Positions 34,151 through 46,904 of a stretch of DNA of 64,000 nucleotides are shown here, in pieces. A model generated the notes under the pieces. It was not told the origin of the DNA, ran no database searches, and saw only the letters and a program-made list of their open reading frames with translations. How positions within the stretch are numbered: position 1 is the first letter of the stretch; every line of letters starts with the position of its first letter. The translations under genes and the position numbers were made by a program. Source of the stretch: Macrostomum lignano. Its lineage: Eukaryota. The stretch is taken from contig NIVC01001367.1 of NCBI GenBank assembly GCA_002269645.1, positions 1-64,000 on the forward strand, in the 5' to 3' direction.

Positions 34151-36579
34151 CACCATGGATAGAAGCCAATAGACTCTTATAGCAGCAGCTAGAACTAGGG
34201 CCTAGTTGCGGCAGTGCCAAGATTGGCAGATCTAAAGGCTGTAGTCAGCTTGTAGGCAATAGTCCAAGACCTGCTGGCAAAGCTAGGCTTAGAGGCTTCA
34301 GACTCCTGTGTAGTTCACAGTGCAAAGAGATAGTATAAGGTAACCTACTAGAACTGCAACCACTGTGGCCACTAAACTTAGGGCCTATAAAGTTAAAAAA
34401 TAGTATTATACATTTTAATAATACTCTTTTTGTCTTTTTTTTTTATTTTTGCATTTTTTTCAAAATATTCTAATATATACTACTATAAAAATGACATGAT
34501 CATTATTTGTTACTAAAGACAAAGTGACAAGGCCTATTATTAAAATTAATATAAAACTTCATTAACAAGTATATAATGATAGGCCTTTTTATATTATTTA
34601 ATATAAAGTTTTATCTATTCTAATATGTAATTAATATTCTATAATAGCTAAAATATTTCTAATAATAAATATAAAAATATATTAATGTAATAACAAAAGG
34701 CTAACTATATACTTAGCATTGCTATTTAATATTATTTTGATAGGCCTACTGGCCTATATATTATTATTAGACCTATATTTTGCCTATTAGGCCTACCCAC
34801 CTAGGCCTATATATTATTATAGTCTATATACTTCACATACTAAATATAACAAGCCTAAAACCTTTGTCTATACTATATATAAATTAGATGGCATTTTTAT
34901 ATAGTTTTTTACTCTAAAAAGGAATATATATCATGTGCAATATGTATATATCTTTGTTTGAATTGAAGCACAGTGAGTACAAAATATTCCTTGGGCTTGG
35001 CAAGTAGCACATCTAGGCATAGAGACATGGTAGTGTGCATATTTGATTTTATAGCTAGATAGAGAATTGTTTGTTACAACAGGCCTTATAATTATATAGT
35101 GCACACTGTGCCATTTTCTTGACTAGAACTATGGCGAAAAATACAATGCCATGCCAATGGTCAAGGCAGATATAAAGAGGCACCAAAATTCCGAAATTAG
35201 TAGTCGTTTTTGTTCAAAACTATAAGTAAGCCTACCTAAAATTAGCCAACAATTTAGGGGCCTATAGCAGCAATCATTTTTGCTAAAATAAGCGTCTGGA
35301 GAGTGGAGTCTACACATTGACAACTTATTTCGGACTGTAGAATAAATAAAATACTTTAAAATTTTTCATATTTTTCTCTACTCTCCTTGGCGAACTAGCT
35401 CTGCCGCTGCTTTGTTATTTGTAATTAAATTAAGTTGGCCAGATGTCTAACTAGCTTCCATCGCGTCGGCACAGTCAGCACCCCGCCCGTCTTTAACGCC
35501 AGAGGATGTGCCCCGCATGCCATATGTGGTGTTCCACACACATGTGGGGTGTCTGCCACTATCCATAAGCATTGCATTGCACGTTGTTGTACTGTACGGC
35601 CACGGGCACTGCAGAACTCAACTTCGAGATCGCGCACGCTGAATTTTCATTTAAAATTTAAAATTGCACAAAAGGACAATGATAAACTAATCTAATTAAA
35701 TAATTTTTTAAAAATAAAACAATTTAAAAGCCAAAAAGTAAAAGACTGCTCGAAAACACTTTGATATACTTTAAGTAGATTTTGCTTTGATTAGCTGTAA
35801 AGCATACAGTCACGCATAAAAGAACAATTTTAAGTAATGGATAGGCCATTGGCGTAAATTATGAGTAATTATTCCAAATAGGGCAACACGTAACAGGGCA
35901 GCAGAGGGAATGCTCACTATGTAGCTAAAGTTTGTTCCATCAGTTTTCCCCCGCTTTCCTGCCCACTTCGTACGCGGAAACACGTCCATGTGGTATATTC
36001 CCATCCATTCGTTAGGGCTTGAGCTAGCTTTATCATGCCTCTGCTGAAATCGAATGAATGCTGATTGATTACGGATAGGGAGAAAAACGTCCCTTGTTTC
36101 GTACTCGGACCGACAATCATGCACTCGTTGCGGAGCGTTCTGAGTTTTTTTTTAGTCCAAGGTGAGATAAACCACCATATGGATCAGTATGCTGTTGTGC
36201 ATGTCTCCAACGGGGTCCGACGTGTGGGCCAGCTCAACTACAGTACAAAGACTGATAATATAGTTTTTTATGGCTTTTAATGGATATGACTCCAGCTGCT
36301 TCCTACTGGGTTTGTTGAAGCGAAACTGAATGCGAATTCTAGTTCAACACGTTCATACATGTATAAGAACCTTCAGCTACACAGGACCTTTTTTGCTTGG
36401 CAGACTTTCGATGACGAATTTCATGCGCAGTCAATCTGCTGGCCTTGATCTTTGCTTTGAGGCCACGTACGCTGGTGCTGCCGCAGGCATCTCCCGTGTT
36501 TGAGTTCAACAGTTCTGTTGGCCCGTTCTTGGTGAACCTTTTGGGTGCAATGCTGCAGGCTCTAGTATGAGAATTCGCG

Positions 36580-36780
36580 TGCTAGCTTGCAGAAAGCACA
36601 TCACCTGTGTCAGAACTGCACTAATTGATAGCGTGCCGGCTTGCAGAAAGCACATCACCTGTGCCAGAACTGCACTAATTGATAGCGTGCCGGCTTGCAG
36701 AAAGCACATCACCTGTGCCAGAACTGCACTAATTGATAGCGTGCCGGCTTGCAGAAAGCACATCACCTGTGCCAGAACTG
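36580..36780. repeat. 54-bp tandem repeat, about 3.5 copies
   Basis: GCTTGCAGAAAGCACATCACCTGTGCCAGAACTGCACTAATTGATAGCGTGCCG. Confidence 0.93.
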
Positions 36781-37463
36781 CGGCGTACCTTAAAATTTGC
36801 ATCCTTTGGTTGTTGGTTCATGCAAAGCGTAATTTTGAAGTATAGTTGTATAAAGACTTTTTTCAGTGTTGAAAATATTGTATGTACACCTTCCTGAGGT
36901 GAACTTTTGCTTCAGGACCCCACAGAAGTTTGTCCCGCAGGTTATTTGTCTCTGGCACAGTGCATGTTCTGGTAAAGCATCTATAATTGATAGTTTCATG
37001 TCAAGAAAATTAACAATGAAGAACCCTATGCTTGGCACAGGAGTATTCTGGCTTTGGTCAGCAGATTGCAGAGTCTTGATGACTCCTACTAATCTTCCAG
37101 TCCTGCTATAAAAGTGGTACATGTGGTCCAAAGTGTTTAAAGGCATTGGGGATATGGAATAACAGAATATTTTAAGTAAACAAGTTAAAATAAGCATCGC
37201 CTCAAGTTAGTGAGTTTGTCAAAGCAATAGCATGCACATAATTTATTTTTTTTATTTCCCTTTCGTAGCGCAGCCACTTCGAGTCCAGCTGCACTCAAAG
37301 TGTGCGCCAGTTGAAAACGCGGCATGAGAAAAATCTTTATTGAACTTTTAAACCAGCTAACATTGATGCGATTCGAGCGTTTTACGAAGTACCTGCGGTT
37401 TGCAAGCAGTATCACAGCAAGCAGCATCTGCTTGAGCTCGCAAATTTCTGCAAAGCCGTCAGC

Positions 37464-37853
37464 TCACACAGCCTCCTCCTGCTCCAGCGGCATCGGCTCG
37501 GCCGCGGCCGGGTCGCCGACCTTGTCCTCCAGCAACGCGCCCGGCCGTCGCTGGCGCTCTTCGGCCTCCGGATCGCTGGGGCAGCCCAGGCCGAGGGTCT
37601 CAACCACCACCTGGTCGGGAGAGATGGTGCAGTTCAGGTAGCGCAGGAACACAGTCCGGATGTGCTGCACGGTGAAGGACTCCGAATGCTGCAGCATGGG
37701 CAGGTAGGCCGCCAGGAACTCCTCCACGAACTGGCACAGGCACTGCCGCTTGCGGGTGTGCCGCTGCTCGATCGGCGCCGGAAGCTTCTTGGTGGCCAGC
37801 TCCAGGCCGTAGGCGCCGCACATCATCACGGCGATTCGCTCCTCCAGCCGGTG
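37464..37853 (-). CDS. TIR-2TM gene, last exon (exon 8)
   Basis: Acceptor CTTCTCTCCGGCAG|CAC; HRLEERIAVMMCGAYGL...RHTRKRQCLCQFVEEF...; strongly C/G-ending codons; stop at 37464; AATAAA at about 37340. Confidence 0.75.
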   Translation of the reverse strand, partial: HRLEERIAVMMCGAYGLELATKKLPAPIEQRHTRKRQCLCQFVEEFLAAYLPMLQHSESFTVQHIRTVFLRYLNCTISPDQVVVETLGLGCPSDPEAEERQRRPGALLEDKVGDPAAAEPMPLEQEEAV

Positions 37854-37970
37854 CTGCCGGAGAGAAGTTGGGCCGTGCCGGTTCTCGCTGCGAGACAGGA
37901 GCTTTCAGCTACTCTAGCACTACGAGCTAAATTCCCAAAATTCAACTTCTAGACCTTCGTGTTTAAGCAA

Positions 37971-38435
37971 CCAGGTATGTAACCTGGTATCTAATCTGGT
38001 ATCCAGGTATCTAATCTGGCATCCAGGTATCTAATCTGGCATCCAGGTATCTAATCTGGTATCCTGGTATCTAATCTGGCATCCAGGTATCTAATCTGGT
38101 AACCTGGTATCTAATCTGGTAACCTGGTATCTAATCTGGTATCCTGGTATCTAATCTGGTAACCTGGTATCTAATCTGGTAACCTGATATCTAATCTGGT
38201 ATCCAGGTATCTAATCTCGTATCCTGGTATCTAATCTGGTATCCTTGTATCTAATCTCGTATCCTGGTATCTAATCTGGTATCCTGGTATCTAATCTGGT
38301 ATCCTGATATCTAATCTGGTATCCTGATATCTAATCTGGTATCCTGATATCTAATCTGGTATCCAGGTATCTAATCTGGTATCCTGGTATCTAATCTGGT
38401 ATCCTGATATCTAATCTGGTATCCAGGTATCTAAT
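37971..38435. repeat. 20-bp minisatellite (ATCCAGGTATCTAATCTGGT)
   Basis: About 23 variant copies within the last intron of the TIR-2TM gene. Confidence 0.95.
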
Positions 38436-38600
38436 TTACCAGGTATCCCAGAAACTCAATACGAATCTAACACTGGGTACAGACGCTGGGGCAGATGAAA
38501 AAAAGACAAATCAAGGACCTAGAAGACACGGCATCATCAGCAATGTCAAGCTACAGAGAGGATGCAGAACAGAGGATGGCGGTCTTAATTTCTGCATATT

Positions 38601-41600
38601 TTCATGGACTCCAGCTGCTGCCTGCACCCATGCAGTGCTTGAATTCATGGACTCCAGCTGCTGCCTGCGCCCATGCAGTGCTTGAATTCATGGACTCCAG
38701 CTGCTGCCTGCACCCATGCAGTGCTTGAATTCATGGACTCCAGCTGCCTGCACCCATGCAGTGCTTGAATTCATGGACTCCAGCTGCTGCACCCATGCAG
38801 TGCTTGAATTCATGGACTCCAGCTGCTGCCTGCACCCATGCAGTGCTTGAATTCATGGACTCCAGCTGCTGCCTGCACCCATGCAGTGCTTGAATTCATG
38901 GACTCCAGCTGCTGCCTGCACCCATGCAGTGCTTGAATTCATGGACTCCAGCTGCCTGCACCCATGCAGTGCTTGAATTCATGGACTCCAGCTGCTGCCT
39001 GCACCCATGCAGTGCTTGAATTCATGGACTCCAGCTGCTGCCTGCACCCATGCAGTGCTTGAATTCATGGACTCCAGCTGCTGCCTGCACCCATGCAGTG
39101 CTTGAATTCATGGACTCCAGCTGCTGCCTGCACCCATGCAGTGCTTGAATTCATGGACTCCAGCTGCTGCCTGCGCCCATGCAGTGCTTGAATTCATGGA
39201 CTCCAGCTGCTGCCTGCACCCATGCAGTGCTTGAATTCATGGACTCCAGCTGCTGCCTGCACCCATGCAGTGCTTGAATTCATGGACTCCAGCTGCTGCC
39301 TGCACCCATGCAGTGCTTGAATTCATGGACTCCAGCTGCTGCCTGCACCCATGCAGTGCTTGAATTCATGGACTCCAGCTGCTGCCTGCACCCATGCAGT
39401 GCTTGAATTCATGGACTCCAGCTGCTGCCTGCACCCATGCAGTGCTTGAATTCATGGACTCCAGCTGCTGCCTGCACCCATGCAGTGCTTGAATTCATGG
39501 ACTCCAGCTGCTGCCTGCACCCATGCAGTGCTTGAATTCATGGACTCCAGCTGCTGCACCCATGCAGTGCTTGAATTCATGGACTCCAGCTGCTGCCTGC
39601 ACCCATGCAGTGCTTGAATTCATGGACTCCAGCTGCTGCCTGCACCCATGCAGTGCTTGAATTCATGGACTCCAGCTGCTGCCTGCACCCATGCAGTGCT
39701 TGAATTCATGGACTCCAGCTGCTGCCTGCACCCATGCAGTGCTTGAATTCATGGACTCCAGCTGCTGCCTGCACCCATGCAGTGCTTGAATTCATGGACT
39801 CCAGCTGCTGCCTGCACCCATGCAGTGCTTGAATTCATGGACTCCAGCTGCTGCCTGCACCCATGCAGTGCTTGAATTCATGGACTCCAGCTGCTGCCTG
39901 CACCCATGCAGTGCTTGAATTCATGGACTCCAGCTGCTGCACCCATGCAGTGCTTGAATTCATGGACTCCAGCTGCTGCACCCATGCAGTGCTTGAATTC
40001 ATGGACTCCAGCTGCTGCCTGCACCCATGCAGTGCTTGAATTCATGGACTCCAGCTGCTGCACCCATGCAGTGCTTGAATTCATGGACTCCAGCTGCTGC
40101 CTGCACCCATGCAGTGCTTGAATTCATGGACTCCAGCTGCTGCCTGCGCCCATGCAGTGCTTGAATTCATGGACTCCAGCTGCTGCCTGCACCCATGCAG
40201 TGCTTGAATTCATGGACTCCAGCTGCTGCCTGCACCCATGCAGTACTTGAATTCATGGACTCCAGCTGCTGCCTGCACCCATGCAGTGCTTGAATTCATG
40301 GACTCCAGCTGCTGCCTGCACCCATGCAGTGCTTGAATTCATGAACTCCAGCTGCTGCCTGCACCCATGCAGTGCTTGAATTCATGGACTCCAGCTGCTG
40401 CCTGCACCCATGCAGTGCTTGAATTCATGGACTCCAGCTGCTGCCTGCACCCATGCAGTGCTTGAATTCATGGACTCCAGCTGCTGCCTGCACCCATGCA
40501 GTGCTTGAATTCATGGACTCCAGCTGCTGCCTGCACCCATGCAGTGCTTGAATTCATGGACTCCAGCTGCTGCCTGCGCCCATGCAGTGCTTGAATTCAT
40601 GGACTCCAGCTGCTGCCTGCACCCATGCAGTGCTTGAATTCATGGACTCCAGCTGCCTGCACCCATGCAGTGCTTGAATTCATGGACTCCAGCTGCTGCA
40701 CCCATGCAGTGCTTGAATTCATGGACTCCAGCTGCTGCCTGCACCCATGCAGTGCTTGAATTCATGGACTCCAGCTGCTGCCTGCACCCATGCAGTGCTT
40801 GAATTCATGGACTCCAGCTGCTGCCTGCACCCATGCAGTGCTTGAATTCATGGACTCCAGCTGCTGCCTGCACCCATGCAGTGCTTGAATTCATGGACTC
40901 CAGCTGCTGCCTGCATCCATGCAGTGCTTGAATTCATGGACTCCAGCTGCCTGCACCCATGCAGTGCTTGAATTCATGGACTCCAGCTGCTGCCTGCACC
41001 CATGCAGTGCTTGAATTCATGGACTCCAGCTGCTGCCTGCACCCATGCAGTGCTTGAATTCATGGACTCCAGCTGCTGCCTGCACCCATGCAGTGCTTGA
41101 ATTCATGGACTCCAGCTGCTGCCTGCACCCATGCAGTGCTTGAATTCATGGACTCCAGCTGCTGCCTGCACCCATGCAGTGCTTGAATTCATGGACTCCA
41201 GCTGCTGCCTGCACCCATGCAGTGCTTGAATTCATGGACTCCAGCTGCTGCCTGCACCCATGCAGTGCTTGAATTCATGGACTCCAGCTGTGCCTGCACC
41301 CATGCAGTGCTTGAATTCATGGACTCCAGCTGCTGCCTGCACCCATGCAGTGCTTGAATTCATGGACTCCAGCTGCTGCCTGCACCCATGCAGTGCTTGA
41401 ATTCATGGACTCCAGCTGCCTGCACCCATGCAGTGCTTGAATTCATGGACTCCAGCTGCTGCCTGCACCCATGCAGTGCTTGAATTCATGGACTCCAGCT
41501 GCTGCCTGCACCCATGCAGTGCTTGAATTCATGGACTCCAGCTGCTGCCTGCGCCCATGCAGTGCTTGAATTCATGGACTCCAGCTGCTGCCTGCACCCA

Positions 41601-44600
41601 TGCAGTGCTTGAATTCATGGACTCCAGCTGCTGCCTGCACCCATGCAGTGCTTGAATTCATGGACTCCAGCTGCTGCCTGCACCCATGCAGTGCTTGAAT
41701 TCATGGACTCCAGCTGCTGCCTGCGCCCATGCAGTGCTTGAATTCATGGACTCCAGCTGCTGCCTGCACCCATGCAGTGCTTGAATTCATGGACTCCAGC
41801 TGCTGCCTGCACCCATGCAGTGCTTGAATTCATGGACTCCAGCTGCCTGCACCCATGCAGTGCTTGAATTCATGGACTCCAGCTGCTGCCTGCACCCATG
41901 CAGTGCTTGAATTCATGGACTCCAGCTGCTGCCTGCACCCATGCAGTGCTTGAATTCATGGACTCCAGCTGCTGCCTGCACCCATGCAGTGCTTGAATTC
42001 ATGGACTCCAGCTGCTGCCTGCACCCATGCAGTGCTTGAATTCATGGACTCCAGCTGCTGCCTGCACCCATGCAGTGCTTGAATTCATGGACTCCAGCTG
42101 CCTGCACCCATGCAGTGCTTGAATTCATGGACTCCAGCTGCTGCCTGCACCCATGCAGTGCTTGAATTCATGGACTCCAGCTGCTGCCTGCACCCATGCA
42201 GTGCTTGAATTCATGGACTCCAGCTGCTGCCTGCACCCATGCAGTGCTTGAATTCATGGACTCCAGCTGCTGCCTGCACCCATGCAGTGCTTGAATTCAT
42301 GGACTCCAGCTGCTGCACCCATGCAGTGCTTGAATTCATGGACTCCAGCTGCTGCCTGCACCCATGCAGTGCTTGAATTCATGGACTCCAGCTGCTGCAC
42401 CCATGCAGTGCTTGAATTCATGGACTCCAGCTGCTGCCTGCACCCATGCAGTGCTTGAATTCATGGACTCCAGCTGCTGCCTGCACCCATGCAGTGCTTG
42501 AATTCATGGACTCCAGCTGCTGCCTGCACCCATGCAGTGCTTGAATTCATGGACTCCAGCTGCTGCCTGCACCCATGCAGTGCTTGAATTCATGGACTCC
42601 AGCTGCTGCACCCATGCAGTGCTTGAATTCATGGACTCCAGCTGCTGCCTGCGCCCATGCAGTGCTTGAATTCATGGACTCCAGCTGCTGCCTGCACCCA
42701 TGCAGTGCTTGAATTCATGGACTCCAGCTGCTGCCTGCACCCATGCAGTGCTTGAATTCATGGACTCCAGCTGCTGCCTGCACCCATGCAGTGCTTGAAT
42801 TCATGGACTCCAGCTGCTGCCTGCACCCATGCAGTGCTTGAATTCATGGACTCCAGCTGCTGCCTGCACCCATGCAGTGCTTGAATTCATGGACTCCAGC
42901 TGCTGCACCCATGCAGTGCTTGAATTCATGGACTCCAGCTGCTGCCTGCACCCATGCAGTGCTTGAATTCATGGACTCCAGCTGCTGCCTGCACCCATGC
43001 AGTGCTTGAATTCATGGACTCCAGCTGCTGCACCCATGCAGTGCTTGAATTCATGGACTCCAGCTGCTGCCTGCACCCATGCAGTGCTTGAATTCATGGA
43101 CTCCAGCTGCTGCCTGCACCCATGCAGTGCTTGAATTCATGGACTCCAGCTGCTGCCTGCACCCATGCAGTGCTTGAATTCATGGACTCCAGCTGCTGCC
43201 TGCACCCATGCAGTGCTTGAATTCATGGACTCCAGCTGCTGCCTGCACCCATGCAGTGCTTGAATTCATGGACTCCAGCTGCTGCCTGCACCCATGCAGT
43301 GCTTGAATTCATGGACTCCAGCTGCTGCCTGCACCCATGCAGTGCTTGAATTCATGGACTCCAGCTGCTGCCTGCACCCATGCAGTGCTTGAATTCATGG
43401 ACTCCAGCTGCTGCCTGCACCCATGCAGTGCTTGAATTCATGGACTCCAGCTGCTGCCTGCACCCATGCAGTGCTTGAATTCATGGACTCCAGCTGCTGC
43501 CTGCACCCATGCAGTGCTTGAATTCATGGACTCCAGCTGCCTGCACCCATGCAGTGCTTGAATTCATGGACTCCAGCTGCCTGCACCCATGCAGTGCTTG
43601 AATTCATGGACTCCAGCTGCTGCCTGCGCCCATGCAGTGCTTGAATTCATGGACTCCAGCTGCCTGCACCCATGCAGTGCTTGAATTCATGGACTCCAGC
43701 TGCTGCCTGCACCCATGCAGTGCTTGAATTCATGGACTCCAGCTGCTGCCTGCGCCCATGCAGTGCTTGAATTCATGGACTCCAGCTGCCTGCACCCATG
43801 CAGTGCTTGAATTCATGGACTCCAGCTGCCTGCACCCATGCAGTGCTTGAATTCATGGACTCCAGCTGCTGCCTGCACCCATGCAGTGCTTGAATTCATG
43901 GACTCCAGCTGCCTGCACCCATGCAGTGCTTGAATTCATGGACTCCAGCTGCTGCCTGCACCCATGCAGTGCTTGAATTCATGGACTCCAGCTGCTGCCT
44001 GCACCCATGCAGTGCTTGAATTCATGGACTCCAGCTGCTGCCTGCACCCATGCAGTACTTGAATTCATGGACTCCAGCTGCTGCCTGCACCCATGCAGTG
44101 CTTGAATTCATGGACTCCAGCTGCTGCCTGCACCCATGCAGTGCTTGAATTCATGGACTCCAGCTGCTGCCTGCACCCATGCAGTGCTTGAATTCATGGA
44201 CTCCAGCTGCTGCCTGCACCCATGCAGTGCTTGAATTCATGGACTCCAGCTGCCTGCACCCATGCAGTGCTTGAATTCATGGACTCCAGCTGCTGCCTGC
44301 GCCCATGCAGTGCTTGAATTCATGGACTCCAGCTGCTGCCTGCACCCATGCAGTGCTTGAATTCATGGACTCCAGCTGCTGCCTGCACCCATGCAGTGCT
44401 TGAATTCATGGACTCCAGCTGCCTGCACCCATGCAGTGCTTGAATTCATGGACTCCAGCTGCTGCACCCATGCAGTGCTTGAATTCATGGACTCCAGCTG
44501 CTGCCTGCACCCATGCAGTGCTTGAATTCATGGACTCCAGCTGCTGCCTGCGCCCATGCAGTGCTTGAATTCATGGACTCCAGCTGCCTGCACCCATGCA

Positions 44601-45556
44601 GTGCTTGAATTCATGGACTCCAGCTGCTGCCTGCACCCATGCAGTGCTTGAATTCATGGACTCCAGCTGCTGCCTGCGCCCATGCAGTGCTTGAATTCAT
44701 GGACTCCAGCTGCCTGCACCCATGCAGTGCTTGAATTCATGGACTCCAGCTGCCTGCACCCATGCAGTGCTTGAATTCATGGACTCCAGCTGCTGCCTGC
44801 ACCCATGCAGTGCTTGAATTCATGGACTCCAGCTGCCTGCACCCATGCAGTGCTTGAATTCATGGACTCCAGCTGCTGCCTGCACCCATGCAGTGCTTGA
44901 ATTCATGGACTCCAGCTGCTGCCTGCACCCATGCAGTGCTTGAATTCATGGACTCCAGCTGCTGCCTGCACCCATGCAGTGCTTGAATTCATGGACTCCA
45001 GCTGCTGCCTGCACCCATGCAGTGCTTGAATTCATGGACTCCAGCTGCTGCCTGCACCCATGCAGTGCTTGAATTCATGGACTCCAGCTGCTGCCTGCAC
45101 CCATGCAGTGCTTGAATTCATGGACTCCAGCTGCTGCACCCATGCAGTGCTTGAATTCATGGACTCCAGCTGCTGCCTGCGCCCATGCAGTGCTTGAATT
45201 CATGGACTCCAGCTGCTGCCTGCACCCATGCAGTGCTTGAATTCATGGACTCCAGCTGCTGCCTGCACCCATGCAGTGCTTGAATTCATGGACTCCAGCT
45301 GCTGCACCCATGCAGTGCTTGAATTCATGGACTCCAGCTGCTGCCTGCACCCATGCAGTGCTTGAATTCATGGACTCCAGCTGCTGCCTGCACCCATGCA
45401 GTGCTTGAATTCATGGACTCCAGCTGCTGCCTGCACCCATGCAGTGCTTGAATTCATGGACTCCAGCTGCTGCCTGCACCCATGCAGTGCTTGAATTCAT
45501 GGACTCCAGCTGCTGCCTGCGCCCATGCAGTGCTTGAATTCATGGACTCCAGCTGC
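38601..45556. repeat. 7-kb satellite of 43-bp units (39- and 40-bp variants), one EcoRI site per unit
   Basis: CATGGACTCCAGCTGCTGCCTGCACCCATGCAGTGCTTGAATT, roughly 160 near-identical copies. Confidence 0.98.
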
Positions 45557-45849
45557 AGTATGCAGTGCTGCTGGGCTTCAAGTCTTGAAAGTGCCAACAA
45601 GATTCAATTGAAACGGCAATCTTTATCGGCACGCGTTCCATGCTTAAAATCCAAATGAAAGTCCACCAAAGTCTCCCGTGTCTGCGGAGCCCCCCGCCTT
45701 TGAGCCGAAAGGATATTTTCTGGGGAAATCCCGCCGCCCTCCCCGATTTCCCTCGGGGAGCTGAGCGCGGACTGAACTCCCACCAGACTGTGCTCTCAGT
45801 GAGCTCGAGAATTTTAATCGTCAAAAGTGCGCGAGCTGAGCAGACTCAC

Positions 45850-45951
45850 GCCTCTAAGATAGTCGGAGTCCAGGGTGTACACTGCCAGCAGGCTCTCCAG
45901 CTTCCTGTGCTCCGCTGGCCGCACTCGCAGCAGAATTTGGCGAATTTGTTC
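45850..45951 (-). CDS. TIR-2TM gene exon 7
   Basis: CCCGCAG|GAA ... GGC|GTGAGT; 102 nt; EQIRQILLRVRPAEHRKLESLLAVYTLDSDYLRG. Confidence 0.75.
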
Positions 45952-45974
45952 CTGCGGGCGGCGCGGTGAATGAT

Positions 45975-46590
45975 TGAGCTGGCCGCAACCTACTCAGCTG
46001 GCCGCAACCTACTCAGCTGGCCGCAACCTACTCAGCTGACCGCGACCTACTCAGCTGGCCGCAACCTACTCAGCTGGCCACAACCTACTCAGCTGGCCGC
46101 AACCTACTCAGCTGGCCGCAACCTACTCAGCTGGCCGCAACCTACTCAGCTGGCCGCAACCTACTCAGCTGGCCGCAACCTACTCAGCTGGCCGCAACCT
46201 ACTCAGCTGGCCGCAACCTACTCAGCTGGCCGCAACCTACTCAGTTGACCGCGACCTACTCAGCTGGCCGCAACCTACTCAGCTGGCCGCAACCTACTCA
46301 GCTGGCCGCAACCTACTCAGCTGGCCGCAACCTACTCAGTTGACCGCGACCTACTCAGCTGACTGTTCCCTACTCAGCTGGCTGATCCCCTACTCAACTG
46401 GCCGTTCCCTTCTCAGCTGACTGTTCCCTACTCAGCTGACCGTTCCCTACTCAGTTGACCGTTCCCTACTCAGCTGGCTGTTCCCTACTCAGCTGACCGT
46501 TCCCTACTCAGCTGACCGTTCCCTACTCAGCTGGCTGTTCCCTACTCAGCTGACCGTTCCCTACTCAGCTGGCTGTTCCCTACTCAGCTG
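45975..46590. repeat. 19-bp minisatellite with a polar switch between two unit types
   Basis: CTGGCCGCAACCTACTCAG changes to CTGACCGTTCCCTACTCAG at about 46360. Confidence 0.95.
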
Positions 46591-46773
46591 GATGCTTCCC
46601 TGCTAAACTTGGTGTTTGTCAGTGAATCATAAAAATCATTACTCACAATGCACTCCTCAGGATTGTAGTACATCAGAAACACCTGAAAGCAGTTGGATCG
46701 CATTAAAAATAGGTTTGCAGTTGTTGCACAGAGGTATGTGCTGCAGCTTGGCTAAGAGCATTCGAACCCGCAC

Positions 46774-46884
46774 CTGGTAGCTGTCGTCCTTCTTGAAGTG
46801 GAAGGTGGACACGATGAAGGGCCGCCTGCTGGCATAAAGCAGCGCGTTCGACAGCACCGTGTTCATGAAAATCCGCCTTGACAG
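46774..46884 (-). CDS. TIR-2TM gene exon 6
   Basis: CCCACAG|CTG ... CAG|GTGCGG; 111 nt; LSRRIFMNTVLSNALLYASRRPFIVSTFHFKKDDSYQ. Confidence 0.75.
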
Positions 46885-46904
46885 CTGTGGGATGGCGGAG
46901 TGAG

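Noticed and set aside
35505-35555. Short hairpin (CCCCGCATG...CATGTGGGG) as a pre-miRNA
   Set aside because: Too short and imperfect to call without small-RNA data.
38445-38490. Possible micro-exon in the last TIR intron
   Set aside because: Its phase does not fit exon 7, and exons 7 and 8 join in frame without it.
38601-45556. Possible CRISPR array or repeat-protein gene
   Set aside because: Units are contiguous with no unique spacers, there are no cas genes, the context is eukaryotic, and 43-bp units shift frame and hit stops.
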